A stretch of DNA of 64,000 bases from an uncultured Verrucomicrobiota bacterium (GCA_903873945.1 CAIQQM010000227.1:781-64780); one strand, 5' to 3'; positions 28,083 to 38,388 are shown, numbered from the stretch's first letter. Made by a program: numbers and translations. The notes: generated by a model not told the origin, from the letters alone.

Positions 28083-28159
28083 TGGAGCGAGCGAAGGGAT
28101 TCGAACCCTCGACACTCACGTTGGCAACGTGATGCTCTACCAGGCTGAGCTACGCTCGC
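28083..28159 (-). tRNA. tRNA-Gly (anticodon GCC), CCA encoded
   Basis: The reverse complement reads GCGAGCGTAGCTCAGCCTGGTAGAGCATCACGTTGCCAACGTGAGTGTCGAGGGTTCGAATCCCTTCGCTCGCTCCA. Acceptor stem GCGAGCG/CGCTCGC, anticodon loop TTGCCAA. Confidence 0.9.
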
Positions 28160-28336
28160 TTCCGTGCAGGCCTGCTCAAAATACGGGAATCCCCTTGGAA
28201 TGCAAGTCCAGTTTCATGCAGATCTTTGAGTCCCTTACGCGGCCAGAAGAGCCAATGGCTGGTCGACCCGGACATACTGAGTCCAGCTTGTGCGGGGGGG
28301 CAACGCCGCGGTTTTGTCATGCGCGTGATGGTCGCG

Positions 28337-31300
28337 CTACCTCACCGATTCGGGACGAAGAGTGACCGAGGACATTTCGGCTTCGGAAGCATTCAGATCA
28401 TGGGATGGCGCGTGGTGGCCTTCATCACGGTGTTCCTTGGCGATCAGCACGTAGAGCGAAGGAATCACAAGCAAAGTGAAAATCGTGCCGAGCGCCATGC
28501 CGGCAACAATTGTGATGCCGATTGAATTGCGCGCTGCGGCGCCGGCCCCGGAGACTAGGGTGAGCGGAAAGTGCCCGCAAATCGTTGCCGCGCTGGTCAT
28601 CAGCACGGGTCGAAGGCGAATCATCGCCGCATCATGCACCGCTTGAACCTTTGGCAAGCCACGGCGCTGCAGTTCATTGGCGAACTGGACGATGAGGATC
28701 CCATTTTTCGAAACAAGTCCGATCAGTGTTACCAAACCGACTTGCGAATAAATGTTCAGCGTGGTTGTCCAACCGTTCGTGAAGAAGGACACACCCTGGC
28801 CCGGCATTTTCAAGAAGCTGAAAATCAACGCGCCGAACATGGCCAGCGGCACGGAGCCTAATAGGATGATCAACGGGTCGCGGAAGCTGTTGAACTGCGC
28901 GGCCAGGACGAGGAAAATCAGCAGCAAAGCCAGCGTGAAGGCCGGCAGGAACCTGTTGCCCTCGACACGCAACTGGCGGGACTCGCCCGTATAATCGAGC
29001 TTGTAGCCTTTAGGCAGGATTTTGGCGGCTTCCTGTTCAAGGAACCGCAGAGACTCGTCCAGGGGGCGCATGGCCACACCGCTGAGCCGCACTGCGTTGA
29101 ATTGCTGGAACCGGTTCAGGGAGCGCGGACCGGTTTTCTTCCTGAGCGTCGCAAAGGTGCTCAAGGGCACCAATTGACCGTTCGGTCCTTTCACATAGGT
29201 GCTTTCAAGCTGGCTCGCGTTCAGCCGCTCGATGCGCTTGAGTTGTGGAATTACCTTGTAGCTTCGGCCATCAAGGTTGAACCGGTTCACGAAATTGCCC
29301 CCCACCAGCGTTCCGAGGTCAGACCCTACGGTCGCCATATCGAGGCCGAGCGAGGCCACCTTGTCACGGTCCATTACAAGTTCGACTTCAGGCTGGTCGA
29401 TCTTCGTGTCAATGATCGGAGGGAAGGCGAACATGCCGCTGGCAGCGGCTTTTTGTTGCAATTGCTCGGCGAACTTCAGAATCCGTTCCGGCTCATCAGT
29501 GCCGCCGATAACCACCTCCACGGGGAACGAGCCACCGCCCGGCAACGCGGGTGGCGTAACGACAAAGGTCTGGATCCCGGGGATGCGGTTTACCTTCTGC
29601 TGAACTTCCGGAGTGATCTGGAACACCGTACGTTTCCGTTCACCCCAGGGCTTAAGCACCAACCCGGCGAACCCGTTGTCAGGGAAAGTGATCTGGAAGG
29701 TTTGGCTCGCTTCCGGCACGCTCATTAACTCGCGGTTGACCGCTTCCGTGTAAAATGTCGTTTGATCGATGGTTGCGTCGGCCGCCGCCTGGACAATCCC
29801 CATGACAAATCCCTGGTCTTCGGAAGGCGCCAACTCCTTGGCCTTCCAAGCCATCAAAAACATCGGGATCGTCAGCAGGATCAAACCGATCCACACGCTA
29901 TAAACGGCCGGGCGGGTCGAGAGCAGAGCGTCCAGCACCCGGCCATAGGTCCGGCGCAGGCGGTCGAAATCCCGATTGATCCGGCCGGTCAGGCCGTGCT
30001 CCTCGCGCCCGGCATCAAGCAGCTTCGATGACATTACCGGTGAGAGCGTCAGCGCCACGACGCCGGAGATGAACACCGCGCCGGCGAGGGTGAAGGCAAA
30101 TTCACGGAAGAGCGACCCGGTGAGACCGCCTTGCAGACCGATGGGCGCATAAACGGCAGCCAGCGTGATTGTCATGGCGATGACCGGGCTTACCAACTCC
30201 CGAGCTCCCAGAATCGCCGCCTGCACGGGTGTTTGGCCCGCGCGCACATGGCGTTCCACGTTCTCGACGATTACAATGGCATCGTCCACGACCAAGCCGA
30301 CGGATAGCACGATCGCCAGAAGCGTAAGCAGATTGATCGTGAACCCGAACACTTGCATCAGGAAAATGGCGCCAATCAAAGAGATCGGAATGGCCACCAA
30401 CGGCACCAGCACCGAACGAAGGGAGCCGAGGAACAAAAAGATTACGATGGCCACAATGAGCAGCGTTTCACTCAAGGTCTTCAAGACCTCATGGATGGCG
30501 TCCTCGATATACCTGGTCGCGTCATAAGCAATGCCGCCCCGCAGACCCGTCGGGAGCCCCTTTTGAATCAGCGCCATCTCCGCGCGGACGCGTTTCATAA
30601 CATCCAACGAGTTGGCGTTCGGCAGAGGCCAGATACCCATGAACACCGCGTTCTCGCCGCCGAACCGCACCTCGGATTCGTAATCCTCCGCCCCTAGCAC
30701 AATGTCGGCCACATCCCGCAGCCGAACGAGATTGTCGCCAGTCTGCCGGACGACAAGGTTCCGGAATTCATCGAGCGATCGCAGGTCCGTATTGGCGCTC
30801 AAGTTTACCTGGACCAGCGAGCCTTTTGTGCGCCCGACGGCCGAGAGAAAATTGTTGGCGGCCAATGCGTCCCGGATCTGCGCGGGGTTAATGTTCAACG
30901 CCGCCATTCGGTCCGGCTTCAGCCAGATTCGCATCGCAAACGTGCGTCCTCCCATGATATCCGCCCGCTGCACCCCTTCCAGGGCGGAAAGCCGCGGCTG
31001 CACTATTCGCACAAGGTAATCGGTGATCTGGTTCGGATCCAGTATGTCCGAAGTGAAGTTCAGGTATGCTGCGGCAAACTGTGAATCAGCCGATTCGACG
31101 TTGATGATCGGCACCTGCGCTTCGGGGGGAAGGTCGTTGCGCACCTGGTCAACCTTCGAGCTTATCTCCGCCAGCGCTTTAGTTGGATCGTAATTCAGCT
31201 TGAGGCGGACGGTGATCGTGGACAGGCCGAGCGTGCTAGTCGATTCGATATAGTCGATTCCGTCCGCGGCGGCGATCACTCGTTCCAGCGGCGTCGTGAT

Positions 31301-31489
31301 AAATCCCCGCACCAGGTCCGCGCTGGCGCCCACATACGCGGTCGTCACCGTCACCGCCGCATTGTCGCTGCGCGGGTATTGGCGCACGACGAGCGAGCGG
31401 ATTGCCTGGAACCCGGCAATCAGAATCACCAGGTTTACCACCAGGGCGAGCACAGGCCGCCGGATAAAAATGTCTGTGAACGACTTCAT
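28337..31489 (-). CDS. RND efflux transporter permease subunit (AcrB/MdtB-like, HAE1 type)
   Basis: 1050 aa. N-terminal FIRRPVLALVVNLVILIAG. 12-TM two-fold repeat architecture with large periplasmic loops. Confidence 0.9.
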   Translation of the reverse strand: MKSFTDIFIRRPVLALVVNLVILIAGFQAIRSLVVRQYPRSDNAAVTVTTAYVGASADLVRGFITTPLERVIAAADGIDYIESTSTLGLSTITVRLKLNYDPTKALAEISSKVDQVRNDLPPEAQVPIINVESADSQFAAAYLNFTSDILDPNQITDYLVRIVQPRLSALEGVQRADIMGGRTFAMRIWLKPDRMAALNINPAQIRDALAANNFLSAVGRTKGSLVQVNLSANTDLRSLDEFRNLVVRQTGDNLVRLRDVADIVLGAEDYESEVRFGGENAVFMGIWPLPNANSLDVMKRVRAEMALIQKGLPTGLRGGIAYDATRYIEDAIHEVLKTLSETLLIVAIVIFLFLGSLRSVLVPLVAIPISLIGAIFLMQVFGFTINLLTLLAIVLSVGLVVDDAIVIVENVERHVRAGQTPVQAAILGARELVSPVIAMTITLAAVYAPIGLQGGLTGSLFREFAFTLAGAVFISGVVALTLSPVMSSKLLDAGREEHGLTGRINRDFDRLRRTYGRVLDALLSTRPAVYSVWIGLILLTIPMFLMAWKAKELAPSEDQGFVMGIVQAAADATIDQTTFYTEAVNRELMSVPEASQTFQITFPDNGFAGLVLKPWGERKRTVFQITPEVQQKVNRIPGIQTFVVTPPALPGGGSFPVEVVIGGTDEPERILKFAEQLQQKAAASGMFAFPPIIDTKIDQPEVELVMDRDKVASLGLDMATVGSDLGTLVGGNFVNRFNLDGRSYKVIPQLKRIERLNASQLESTYVKGPNGQLVPLSTFATLRKKTGPRSLNRFQQFNAVRLSGVAMRPLDESLRFLEQEAAKILPKGYKLDYTGESRQLRVEGNRFLPAFTLALLLIFLVLAAQFNSFRDPLIILLGSVPLAMFGALIFSFLKMPGQGVSFFTNGWTTTLNIYSQVGLVTLIGLVSKNGILIVQFANELQRRGLPKVQAVHDAAMIRLRPVLMTSAATICGHFPLTLVSGAGAAARNSIGITIVAGMALGTIFTLLVIPSLYVLIAKEHRDEGHHAPSHDLNASEAEMSSVTLRPESVR

Positions 31490-31505
31490 GTCAGCGGTTT
31501 CAGCC

Positions 31506-32675
31506 TCAACTGTCGGCCGGGCGCGGCGTCTCGGACGCTTTCGGCACCAGCTCGTTGCTTTCGACCACAGACATACCGTTGCGAAGCTTGAAGATTCCCG
31601 AACTTACGACGCGCTCGCCCGGTTTCAGCCCTGATTCCACGCTTAGAAAGTCCCCCCGCGCGCGCCCGGTGCGGATGAACTGCTGCCGCACGGTCAAGCT
31701 CGCTTTTCCCTTTTCCTTTCCGGGTTTTGATTCGATCACGTATACCGAATCGCCGTAGGGCGCGCTGAGCACGGACGTCGCGGGGATCACCAGCACATTC
31801 TGTTCTTCCGGCAGCAACACCTCCGCCCTGGCGAACATACCCGGCCGCAACGATTGGTCCGTGTTTTCGAAGGTAGCCTGCAAGCCAACGCTGCGCGTCG
31901 ACTGGTCAAGGTCGGGGTTGATCGCACTGAGGGTCCCCTCAAACTGGCGCCCGGGATACGTGTCGGTTGTGACGCGCACAGGCATTCCCGGCTTGAGTCG
32001 GGCCAGTTCCTGCTGGGGAAGCGAGAAGTTGGCATAAATGGGCGATAGCGCTTGCAGTGAAACAATGGGTTTCCCCGCGTCCAGATATTGACCAAGATTC
32101 ACCATGCGGATACCTGTCCGCCCGGCAAACGGCGCGCGAATAGTTTTCTTCCCTATAGTGGCGCGTATGGCATCGGCGTTGCCCCGGGTCTGCTTCAATG
32201 TTGCTTCAGCCGCGTCCAGTTCAGATTGTGAAATCATGTTCTCGCTCCGCAGCGTACGTTCGCGGGCCACGTTGATGCGCGCCAGTTCCTCCTGCGCTTC
32301 CAAGGCGCGCAGTTGGGCCTCCTCCAGCGACGTATCCAGGCGCACCAATAAATCCGCCTTGGACACAACCGCACCCGACTCGAAAGCGATTTGCACAACC
32401 GTGCCCGCGATTTCCGGCGCGATGGTCACGCCCTGGACCGCCACGATTGAGCCAATGGCGGTCAGCGTGTTCTGCCACTTCTCCTTGTGCGCCACCGCGG
32501 AAGAGACGGATTCAGGCGGGGGGACAAATCCTTTGCCGCCCGCCATAAGCGTTCTGATCTGCAGGAACTTCACGCCGCCAAGTGCAGTCAGCACTACCAG
32601 CACGAGCAAAACGCCGATTCCAACCTTACGTTTCATGGATTTGATGTTCTTTGCCGCATGATCGGAGGCACCCAT
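31506..32675 (-). CDS. RND efflux periplasmic adaptor (membrane fusion protein)
   Basis: N-terminal TM, a coiled-coil hairpin region (LEEAQLRALEAQEELARINVARE...ELDAAEATLKQ), and lipoyl/beta-barrel segments. 16 nt upstream of the RND permease. The start is uncertain (32675 or 32636). Confidence 0.85.
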   Translation of the reverse strand: MGASDHAAKNIKSMKRKVGIGVLLVLVVLTALGGVKFLQIRTLMAGGKGFVPPPESVSSAVAHKEKWQNTLTAIGSIVAVQGVTIAPEIAGTVVQIAFESGAVVSKADLLVRLDTSLEEAQLRALEAQEELARINVARERTLRSENMISQSELDAAEATLKQTRGNADAIRATIGKKTIRAPFAGRTGIRMVNLGQYLDAGKPIVSLQALSPIYANFSLPQQELARLKPGMPVRVTTDTYPGRQFEGTLSAINPDLDQSTRSVGLQATFENTDQSLRPGMFARAEVLLPEEQNVLVIPATSVLSAPYGDSVYVIESKPGKEKGKASLTVRQQFIRTGRARGDFLSVESGLKPGERVVSSGIFKLRNGMSVVESNELVPKASETPRPADS

Positions 32676-32813
32676 TATAGCGAAACCACGCAAGTTAGTT
32701 AAGGGCAGCTGCTCCGTCAAATTCTTTGACTTAAGCAAAGGAAATCGGGCATAGCCAACTACCTTCCATTGCCTCGTTAGCCGGCAACAAAGCGGATCCG
32801 CGCTAGAAGGCTT

Positions 32814-34319
32814 CTAATCTTTTGGGCAGGACGCCGAAACCGATGTTGGCCGGACCAATGTGCTGCGACGCATCCCGTAACTGAAATAGATCACCAGACC
32901 TATGACCATCCAAATAATCAGCCGCGCCCAGGTATCCCGCGGCAGGCCGTACATGAGCCAAAAGCAGAAGAAAACTCCCAAAGGTGAAACCAGCCAGAAC
33001 AGTGGCGTGCGGAACGGCCTCTTAATGTCGGGGTCAGTGAACCGAAGGACGAATACCCCGGCGCAAACGATGGCGAACGCGAGCAGCGTTCCGATCGACA
33101 CCAACTCCCCGAGCAGGCCGATCGGGAACAACCCGGAAACGATCATGGCAACCGAGCCAGTCAGGATTGTCGCCAGCCAGGGCGTTCGGAATTTGGGGTG
33201 CACGGAGCCGAAGATCGGTGGCAGCAGGCCGTCTTTGGACATCGTATAGAAAATTCGCGGCTGGCCCAACATCATCACAAGGATCACGGAAGAAAGGCCG
33301 GCGATCGCGCCGATCTTTATGATGGGTCGCAGCCAAGCCACGGAGTGCCCGAGCGAATCGATGGCCACCGCAATCGGGTCCGGGACGTTGAGATGGGTGT
33401 ATTTGATAATCCCGGTCAGAACCAGGGCAACCGCGATATAGAGCAATGTGCAGATCGCCAGCGAAGCCAGGATTCCTATCGGCATATCGCGCTGGGCGTT
33501 TTTTGCCTCCTGCGCGGCGGTGGATACCGCATCAAAGCCGATATAAGCGAAGAAAATCACGCCAGCGGCCCGCAACACACCGCCCCAGCCGAATTCGCCA
33601 GGGCTTAGCGAAGGCGGCACAAAAGGCTGCCAATTGGCTTTGTTGAGGTAGGCCAGACCGACGGCAATAAATGCGAGTATCACCGTCAGCTTTATTGCAA
33701 CGATAATGTTGTTGAACGTTGCCGACTCCTTGATACCGAGCACCAGCAAAATTGTGATAAACCCAACGATGATCATCGCGGGCACGTTCAGCACCGCGCC
33801 CGTACTAACCCAGCCTTCCGTAAACAGGCGCCAAATGTTCCAGCCGGCGTCCGCCGGAGTCACGTGGTTGTAAGGAGCCGACGTAAACGCAGATGGAATC
33901 AAGATCCCTAGGTCCCGGAGGAACGACACAACATAACCGGACCAGCCGACTGCCACAGTGCTGGCCGCGAACATATACTCCAGAATCAAGTCCCAGCCAA
34001 TTACCCAGGCGACGAGCTCCCCCATCGTGGCGTAGCTATAAGTATAGGCAGACCCCGAAATCGGAATCATGGCCGAGAATTCGGCATAGCACAGGCCGGA
34101 AAATCCACACGCAATTCCGGCGAGAACGAAAGAAAAAACGATCGCCGGGCCGGCATATTTCGCGGCAGCCTGGCCGGTAAGCACAAAGATACCCGCGCCG
34201 ATAACTGCGCCGATACCCAGCGCCGTCAGGTTCAACGGGCCGAGAGCTCGATGCAGGCGGTGGTCTGTCAGCACTTCCGCTTGCAGGTCGGCAACGCTCT
34301 TCCGTCGGAATAAATTCAT
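32814..34319 (-). CDS. APC-superfamily amino acid permease (cationic amino acid transporter-like)
   Basis: 501 aa and ~14 TM segments. N-terminal LGPLNLTALGIGAVIGAGIFVLTG signature of APC permeases. Confidence 0.85.
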   Translation of the reverse strand: MNLFRRKSVADLQAEVLTDHRLHRALGPLNLTALGIGAVIGAGIFVLTGQAAAKYAGPAIVFSFVLAGIACGFSGLCYAEFSAMIPISGSAYTYSYATMGELVAWVIGWDLILEYMFAASTVAVGWSGYVVSFLRDLGILIPSAFTSAPYNHVTPADAGWNIWRLFTEGWVSTGAVLNVPAMIIVGFITILLVLGIKESATFNNIIVAIKLTVILAFIAVGLAYLNKANWQPFVPPSLSPGEFGWGGVLRAAGVIFFAYIGFDAVSTAAQEAKNAQRDMPIGILASLAICTLLYIAVALVLTGIIKYTHLNVPDPIAVAIDSLGHSVAWLRPIIKIGAIAGLSSVILVMMLGQPRIFYTMSKDGLLPPIFGSVHPKFRTPWLATILTGSVAMIVSGLFPIGLLGELVSIGTLLAFAIVCAGVFVLRFTDPDIKRPFRTPLFWLVSPLGVFFCFWLMYGLPRDTWARLIIWMVIGLVIYFSYGMRRSTLVRPTSVSASCPKD

Positions 34320-34402
34320 GCTGGGTCAATTTGGGGCAATGTGCTTGTTGGCTCCGGTTAATGGGCTGCCCGAAATTGGAAGTCAAGCCAAACGCTGCCC
34401 GG

Positions 34403-34747
34403 CTAACCCGGAGGCCAGCTCATCTGCCGTCCCCCGATGATGTGGCAATGCAGATGCGGCACCGCTTCACCGGCGTCCGGACCATTGTTGAATACCAGGC
34501 GGTAGCCACCGCTCTTCAACCCCAACTTGTCGGCTACTTCCGCTGCTTTGAGAAGCAGATGTCCAAGGACCTGTTGGTCTTCCGGCTTTGCCTCGGCGAT
34601 TCGCGGGATGGGTTTTCTCGGAACAATTAGAACATGTGTTGGGGCTTGCGGTTTGACGTCCTGAAATGCCACCACCGAATCGTCTTCATAGACGATCGTT
34701 GACGGAATTTCGCGTGCGATGATTTTCTCGAACAGGGTTTTGCTCAC
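34403..34747 (-). CDS. HIT-family (histidine triad) nucleotide-binding protein
   Basis: 114 aa. The HLHCHIIGG histidine triad and N-terminal FEKIIAREIPS are typical of HinT-like proteins. Confidence 0.85.
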   Translation of the reverse strand: MSKTLFEKIIAREIPSTIVYEDDSVVAFQDVKPQAPTHVLIVPRKPIPRIAEAKPEDQQVLGHLLLKAAEVADKLGLKSGGYRLVFNNGPDAGEAVPHLHCHIIGGRQMSWPPG

Positions 34748-34792
34748 GGCAGCGTGAACCTGCCGTCAGGAGCCACGTTCGTCAATCGAAAC

Positions 34793-35350
34793 TCATTCCA
34801 CCACCAGCGCGAGATCAGCCGGTTTGCCCTCGGCGCTCAGGCATTCCCGCAGGTAAGCCACGATTCGCTCCTCGAGGCCTTGGCAGCGCAAGCCCCACCG
34901 GCGCGCTCCTGCAAGTTGCTTCACGCACCCGCGAAGGCCCCGAAACCGCAACACGGCCGGCATCTGCTGAAGCTGCTGCCGCAACTCGTCCCGCAGACGC
35001 GGGAAGAAAAACAGCTCGCAGCCCTCGCCTGATTCGCTGGCCAGACGGCACAAATCCGACTCGGCCACCTTCGGCTGAGCGCTGGTTTCCGCTGCCGCCC
35101 TGGCCGTGAGCGCAAAACCGCACAGGACTTTCTCCAGCGCTCCGGAAAACTCGCTCATCGTCACTGTTTCCCGGCCCAATTCACTCTTAAAATAGTGGAA
35201 AACCGCATCTGCGGCGTGCTGGACAAACTCCGGATCGAACAATCCCTCCGCCTCCCCCGCCAACTCCACGGGGATCATCCCCGCGGACAACGGCACACTT
35301 TCGCCTGTTGCCTTCTGGAAAAGCATGCAATCTGACGCCAGCGCAATCAT
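34793..35350 (-). CDS. Hypothetical protein translationally coupled to nrdR
   Basis: 185-aa ORF. Its ATG overlaps the nrdR stop by 1 nt (TAATG). No recognisable motif. Confidence 0.5.
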   Translation of the reverse strand: MIALASDCMLFQKATGESVPLSAGMIPVELAGEAEGLFDPEFVQHAADAVFHYFKSELGRETVTMSEFSGALEKVLCGFALTARAAAETSAQPKVAESDLCRLASESGEGCELFFFPRLRDELRQQLQQMPAVLRFRGLRGCVKQLAGARRWGLRCQGLEERIVAYLRECLSAEGKPADLALVVE

Positions 35351-35802
35351 TATTTATTCTCCAGCTTCTTCACTTCCTGCACAAAATCCGTGGCTTCCTG
35401 GAAGCGCCGATAAACACTCGCGAAGCGCACATACGCGACGTCGTCGAGCTTCCGCAATCCTTCCATCACCAGCTTCCCGACGACTTCGCCGACCACTTCC
35501 TTCTCATACTTATCTGTCACCTCATTCACTATCTTCTCGACCAAATCTTCGATGGTTTTCGGGCTGATTGGCCGTTTCTGACAGGCCTTCTTGATACCCG
35601 ACAGGAGTTTTTCTTTCGAAAACTCCTCCCGCCGCCCGTCGCGTTTCAGCACCAGCAGGTTCCCGCGCTCAATTTCCTCGTAAGTCGTAAACCGGTGACT
35701 GCATCCGAGGCATTGCCGCCGACGGCGAATCGTCGCCCCCTCTTTCGAGGCGCGTGAATCAATCACCTTGTCATCCTGGCACCCGCATTTAGGGCATCGC
35801 AT
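35350..35802 (-). CDS. nrdR: Transcriptional repressor NrdR
   Basis: The internal ATG at 35802 gives MRCPKCGCQDDKVIDSR...CLGCSHRFTTYE (zinc ribbon) followed by an ATP-cone domain. Confidence 0.9.
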   Translation of the reverse strand: MRCPKCGCQDDKVIDSRASKEGATIRRRRQCLGCSHRFTTYEEIERGNLLVLKRDGRREEFSKEKLLSGIKKACQKRPISPKTIEDLVEKIVNEVTDKYEKEVVGEVVGKLVMEGLRKLDDVAYVRFASVYRRFQEATDFVQEVKKLENK

Positions 35803-36322
35803 AAACCGGAATCCACTGCTAATAGTGGTTAACAGGTTTGTATCATACAAAATGTTGGGGCGTCAAGGCCTTATAAACTTTTACATCCATGTATCCTTTC
35901 TCTGTGTGGAGGTCGTCACTGCGTGAAATCGCGATATTTGTTGTTGCGTGAGACTTTTTGAGACCTTTTGACACCGACTTTGGGGCGCGCGCCGGGAAAA
36001 TGGGTTGTGGATTGCGAAAGTGAGGCTTCGAATGGGAATTGCTCGCAAAGACGCCAAGAACGCTAAGGCTCTGAAAAACCAGGGTCAAATGCGGATTTTT
36101 TACACGCAGAGGAAACCGAGGCAGGATGCCTGCCGCCATAAAAATGCGCCCCTCGCTTAAATTCACTTGCCGGATCGCCCCCTCACAATCGATTGCCGCT
36201 CACCCTCTGCCACCCGCAAAAGCCATTGGTATGAAGTCAGAACCGCCAGAAAACCGACGGAATCCTCTGTGGACGCTCTCCGCAAGCTTGAGAGTTAGAA
36301 CTGCGTTTGTAAGTATTCATTC

Positions 36323-36360
36323 GCTGGTGGACGTAGCAACTTCGTTGCGCGTCCGCCAGC
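36323..36360. other. Long interrupted hairpin (15 bp in three helices, 3-nt loop) in an otherwise unannotated 0.8-kb gap
   Basis: GCTGG-T-GGACG-TA-GCAAC [TTC] GTTGC-G-CGTCC-G-CCAGC, read directly from the sequence. No flanking U-run on either strand. Confidence 0.4.
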
Positions 36361-36615
36361 ATCCATGCCATCTATCAATTATCAATAACTGGTGATTGGT
36401 AACTGAGGTGTGAGGAGAAGGGGGCATCCGATGGTTAGGGGCTGAGAGTTGAGCGGGGACGGTTTCGGTGTCGGCGGAGGAGCGGCAGTAGTCGACGCGG
36501 CGGGTTTGATGGTATCTGGCGGAGAAGGCTGCGCCATTAGTGCCACTTGCTCCGGCGCGCGCGCCTTGATGCCAACAGCTTTACTTTCAGGACTGGCCTT
36601 CGTATTTGTTTTTCG

Positions 36616-38214
36616 ATGCACATGGGCAGCTCAGAAGCACTGGAAACGCCGCTCTATTTTAACTTCGCCAGCGATGTCTTTGACCGTTGGGCGCGACAGC
36701 GCCCGGATGCTCCGGCTTTGTGGCATGTCAACGCCGTTACCGGCGTTGAGCAGAAGTTCACTTTTGGCCAATTGGCGGCGTTAAGCTGCCAGGCGGCGAA
36801 TTTTTTGCGCTCGCGCGGTATCCGGCGCGGGGACCGTGTCCTGGTTATGCTGCCGCGCGTGCCGGAATGGTGGGTCGCGATGCTTGGCCTCATCCGCTTG
36901 GGCGCCGTTCCGGTGCCAGCCACTCTGTTGCTCACGCCTCGCGATGTCGCCTTTCGGCTCGGCGCGGCCCAAATTCACGCGGCCATTACGAACGTGGATG
37001 GCATGGCCAAGGTGGGTGGGTTCGCCTGCATTCGTCTTCTCGTCGGCGGCGAACATCCGGGGTGGGGCGACTTCGACCGCGGGGTGCGTGAAGCCGATAC
37101 GAGCTACGATGGAGAACGCACGCGTAGCGACGCTCCCGGCATCCTCTACTTCACGAGTGCCACGACTGGTGAACCCAAGATGGTTCTCCATAGCCAGGCC
37201 AGCTATGGCCTCGGCCATCGCCTCACTGGCCAATTGTGGCTGGATCTTAGGCCTGACGACCTGCACTGGAACATTTCCGACCTCGGCTGGGGCAAAGCCG
37301 CATGGTCCAGTCTTTACGGTCCTTGGCATATGGGCGCCTGCGTATTCGCGCTTGATGTCCCCGGAAAATTCGATCCCGCGCTCACGCTGCGCACGCTGGC
37401 TGAATTCCCCATCACGACCTGGTGCGCGCCGCCGACCGCCCTCCGGCTGCTTGTCCGCCAGCCGTTGTCAAACTGGCGGTTTCCTCACCTCCGGCATTGT
37501 GTCACCGCCGGCGAGCCGTTGAACCCGGAGGTACTCAGCCTTTGGAAGGCCGCAACCAGTCTGACGCTGCATGAGGCTTACGGCCAGACGGAAACAGTTG
37601 TGTTGATAGGCAATTTCCGCTCTCTGGGTCATGCCGTCAGTCCCGGGTCCATGGGCAAAGCCGCGCCGGGGTTCACCGTCGCGCTGCTGGATGAGCATCT
37701 CAACGAAGTCCCCGACGGCGAGGAAGGCGAGGTCGCGGTGCGCGTCAAACCCCTTCGCCCGCTCGGTCTTTTCTCCGAGTATTGGCTCAACCCCGAAGAG
37801 AGCGCACTTAAGTTCCGCGGCGACTGGTATTTAACCGGCGACCGCGCCACCAGGGATGCTGGCGGGTATTTCAGATTCATCGGCAGGAAGGATGACGTGA
37901 TCAAAAGCTCGGGCTACCGCATCGGGCCGTTCGAGGTCGAAAGCGCCCTCATGGAGCATCCGGCCGTTCTGGACGTGGCGGTGATTGGCAAGCCCAACGA
38001 GCTGCGCGGCCAAATCGTGAAGGCGTGTGTTGTCTTGCGAGCCGGGCTTGCTGCAACCGACGAGCTAAAGCTCGAATTGCAATCCCATTGCAAACAACTT
38101 GTCGCAGTTTACAAATATCCCCGCGAAATCGAGTTCGTGCGGGAGTTACCCAAGACGATAAGCGGCAAGATCCGGCATGTCGAACTTCGCAGAGCCGCCA
38201 AGGTCCGGGCTTAA
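36616..38214 (+). CDS. AMP-dependent acyl-CoA synthetase (medium-chain ACSM-like)
   Basis: FNFASDVFDRWA...PALWHV N-terminus. AMP-binding motif YFTSATTGEPK. C-terminal PKTISGKIRHVELR. Confidence 0.85.
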   Translation: MHMGSSEALETPLYFNFASDVFDRWARQRPDAPALWHVNAVTGVEQKFTFGQLAALSCQAANFLRSRGIRRGDRVLVMLPRVPEWWVAMLGLIRLGAVPVPATLLLTPRDVAFRLGAAQIHAAITNVDGMAKVGGFACIRLLVGGEHPGWGDFDRGVREADTSYDGERTRSDAPGILYFTSATTGEPKMVLHSQASYGLGHRLTGQLWLDLRPDDLHWNISDLGWGKAAWSSLYGPWHMGACVFALDVPGKFDPALTLRTLAEFPITTWCAPPTALRLLVRQPLSNWRFPHLRHCVTAGEPLNPEVLSLWKAATSLTLHEAYGQTETVVLIGNFRSLGHAVSPGSMGKAAPGFTVALLDEHLNEVPDGEEGEVAVRVKPLRPLGLFSEYWLNPEESALKFRGDWYLTGDRATRDAGGYFRFIGRKDDVIKSSGYRIGPFEVESALMEHPAVLDVAVIGKPNELRGQIVKACVVLRAGLAATDELKLELQSHCKQLVAVYKYPREIEFVRELPKTISGKIRHVELRRAAKVRA

Positions 38215-38336
38215 TTTAGCGCAGCATTAACCGGCCACAGCCCGGTTGCGGGGGCCTTACCTTCTGCGGCGGCGTGACCGCCGGACCGCTAACGGTGCGT
38301 TTGCCCAAAGACGCCCCGTAACTCACTCAGGAGAGC

Positions 38337-38388
38337 TCACCCGCGCAGCGCACAATGTCGGGCGACGCCCAAAATCAAATTCAATTTT
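38337..38388. repeat. Direct repeat copy A (~52 nt) immediately 3' of the low-GC lipoprotein gene
   Basis: tcacccgcgcagcgcacaatgtcgggcgacgcccaaaatcaaattcaatttt aligns with 39019..39071 at roughly 80% identity (hand alignment, one 2-nt indel). Both copies abut a stop codon of a minus-strand gene. Confidence 0.6.

Noticed and set aside
28337-32675. An RND permease plus adaptor with no adjacent outer-membrane factor gene.
   Set aside because: Two-gene RND operons that borrow a TolC-like protein encoded elsewhere are common. Not unusual.
36108-36121. GAGGAAACCGAGG, reminiscent of the RNase P RNA CR-I motif (GAGGAAAGUCCGGGC).
   Set aside because: This is only a partial word match. None of the other conserved RNase P regions or helices can be found around it.
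36382-36621. A 79-aa Pro/Thr/Ala-rich ORF on the minus strand, divergent from the acyl-CoA synthetase gene.
   Set aside because: It has no signal peptide, a low-complexity composition, no RBS-like context that I can see, and it overlaps the start of the synthetase gene. Insufficient evidence for a gene.
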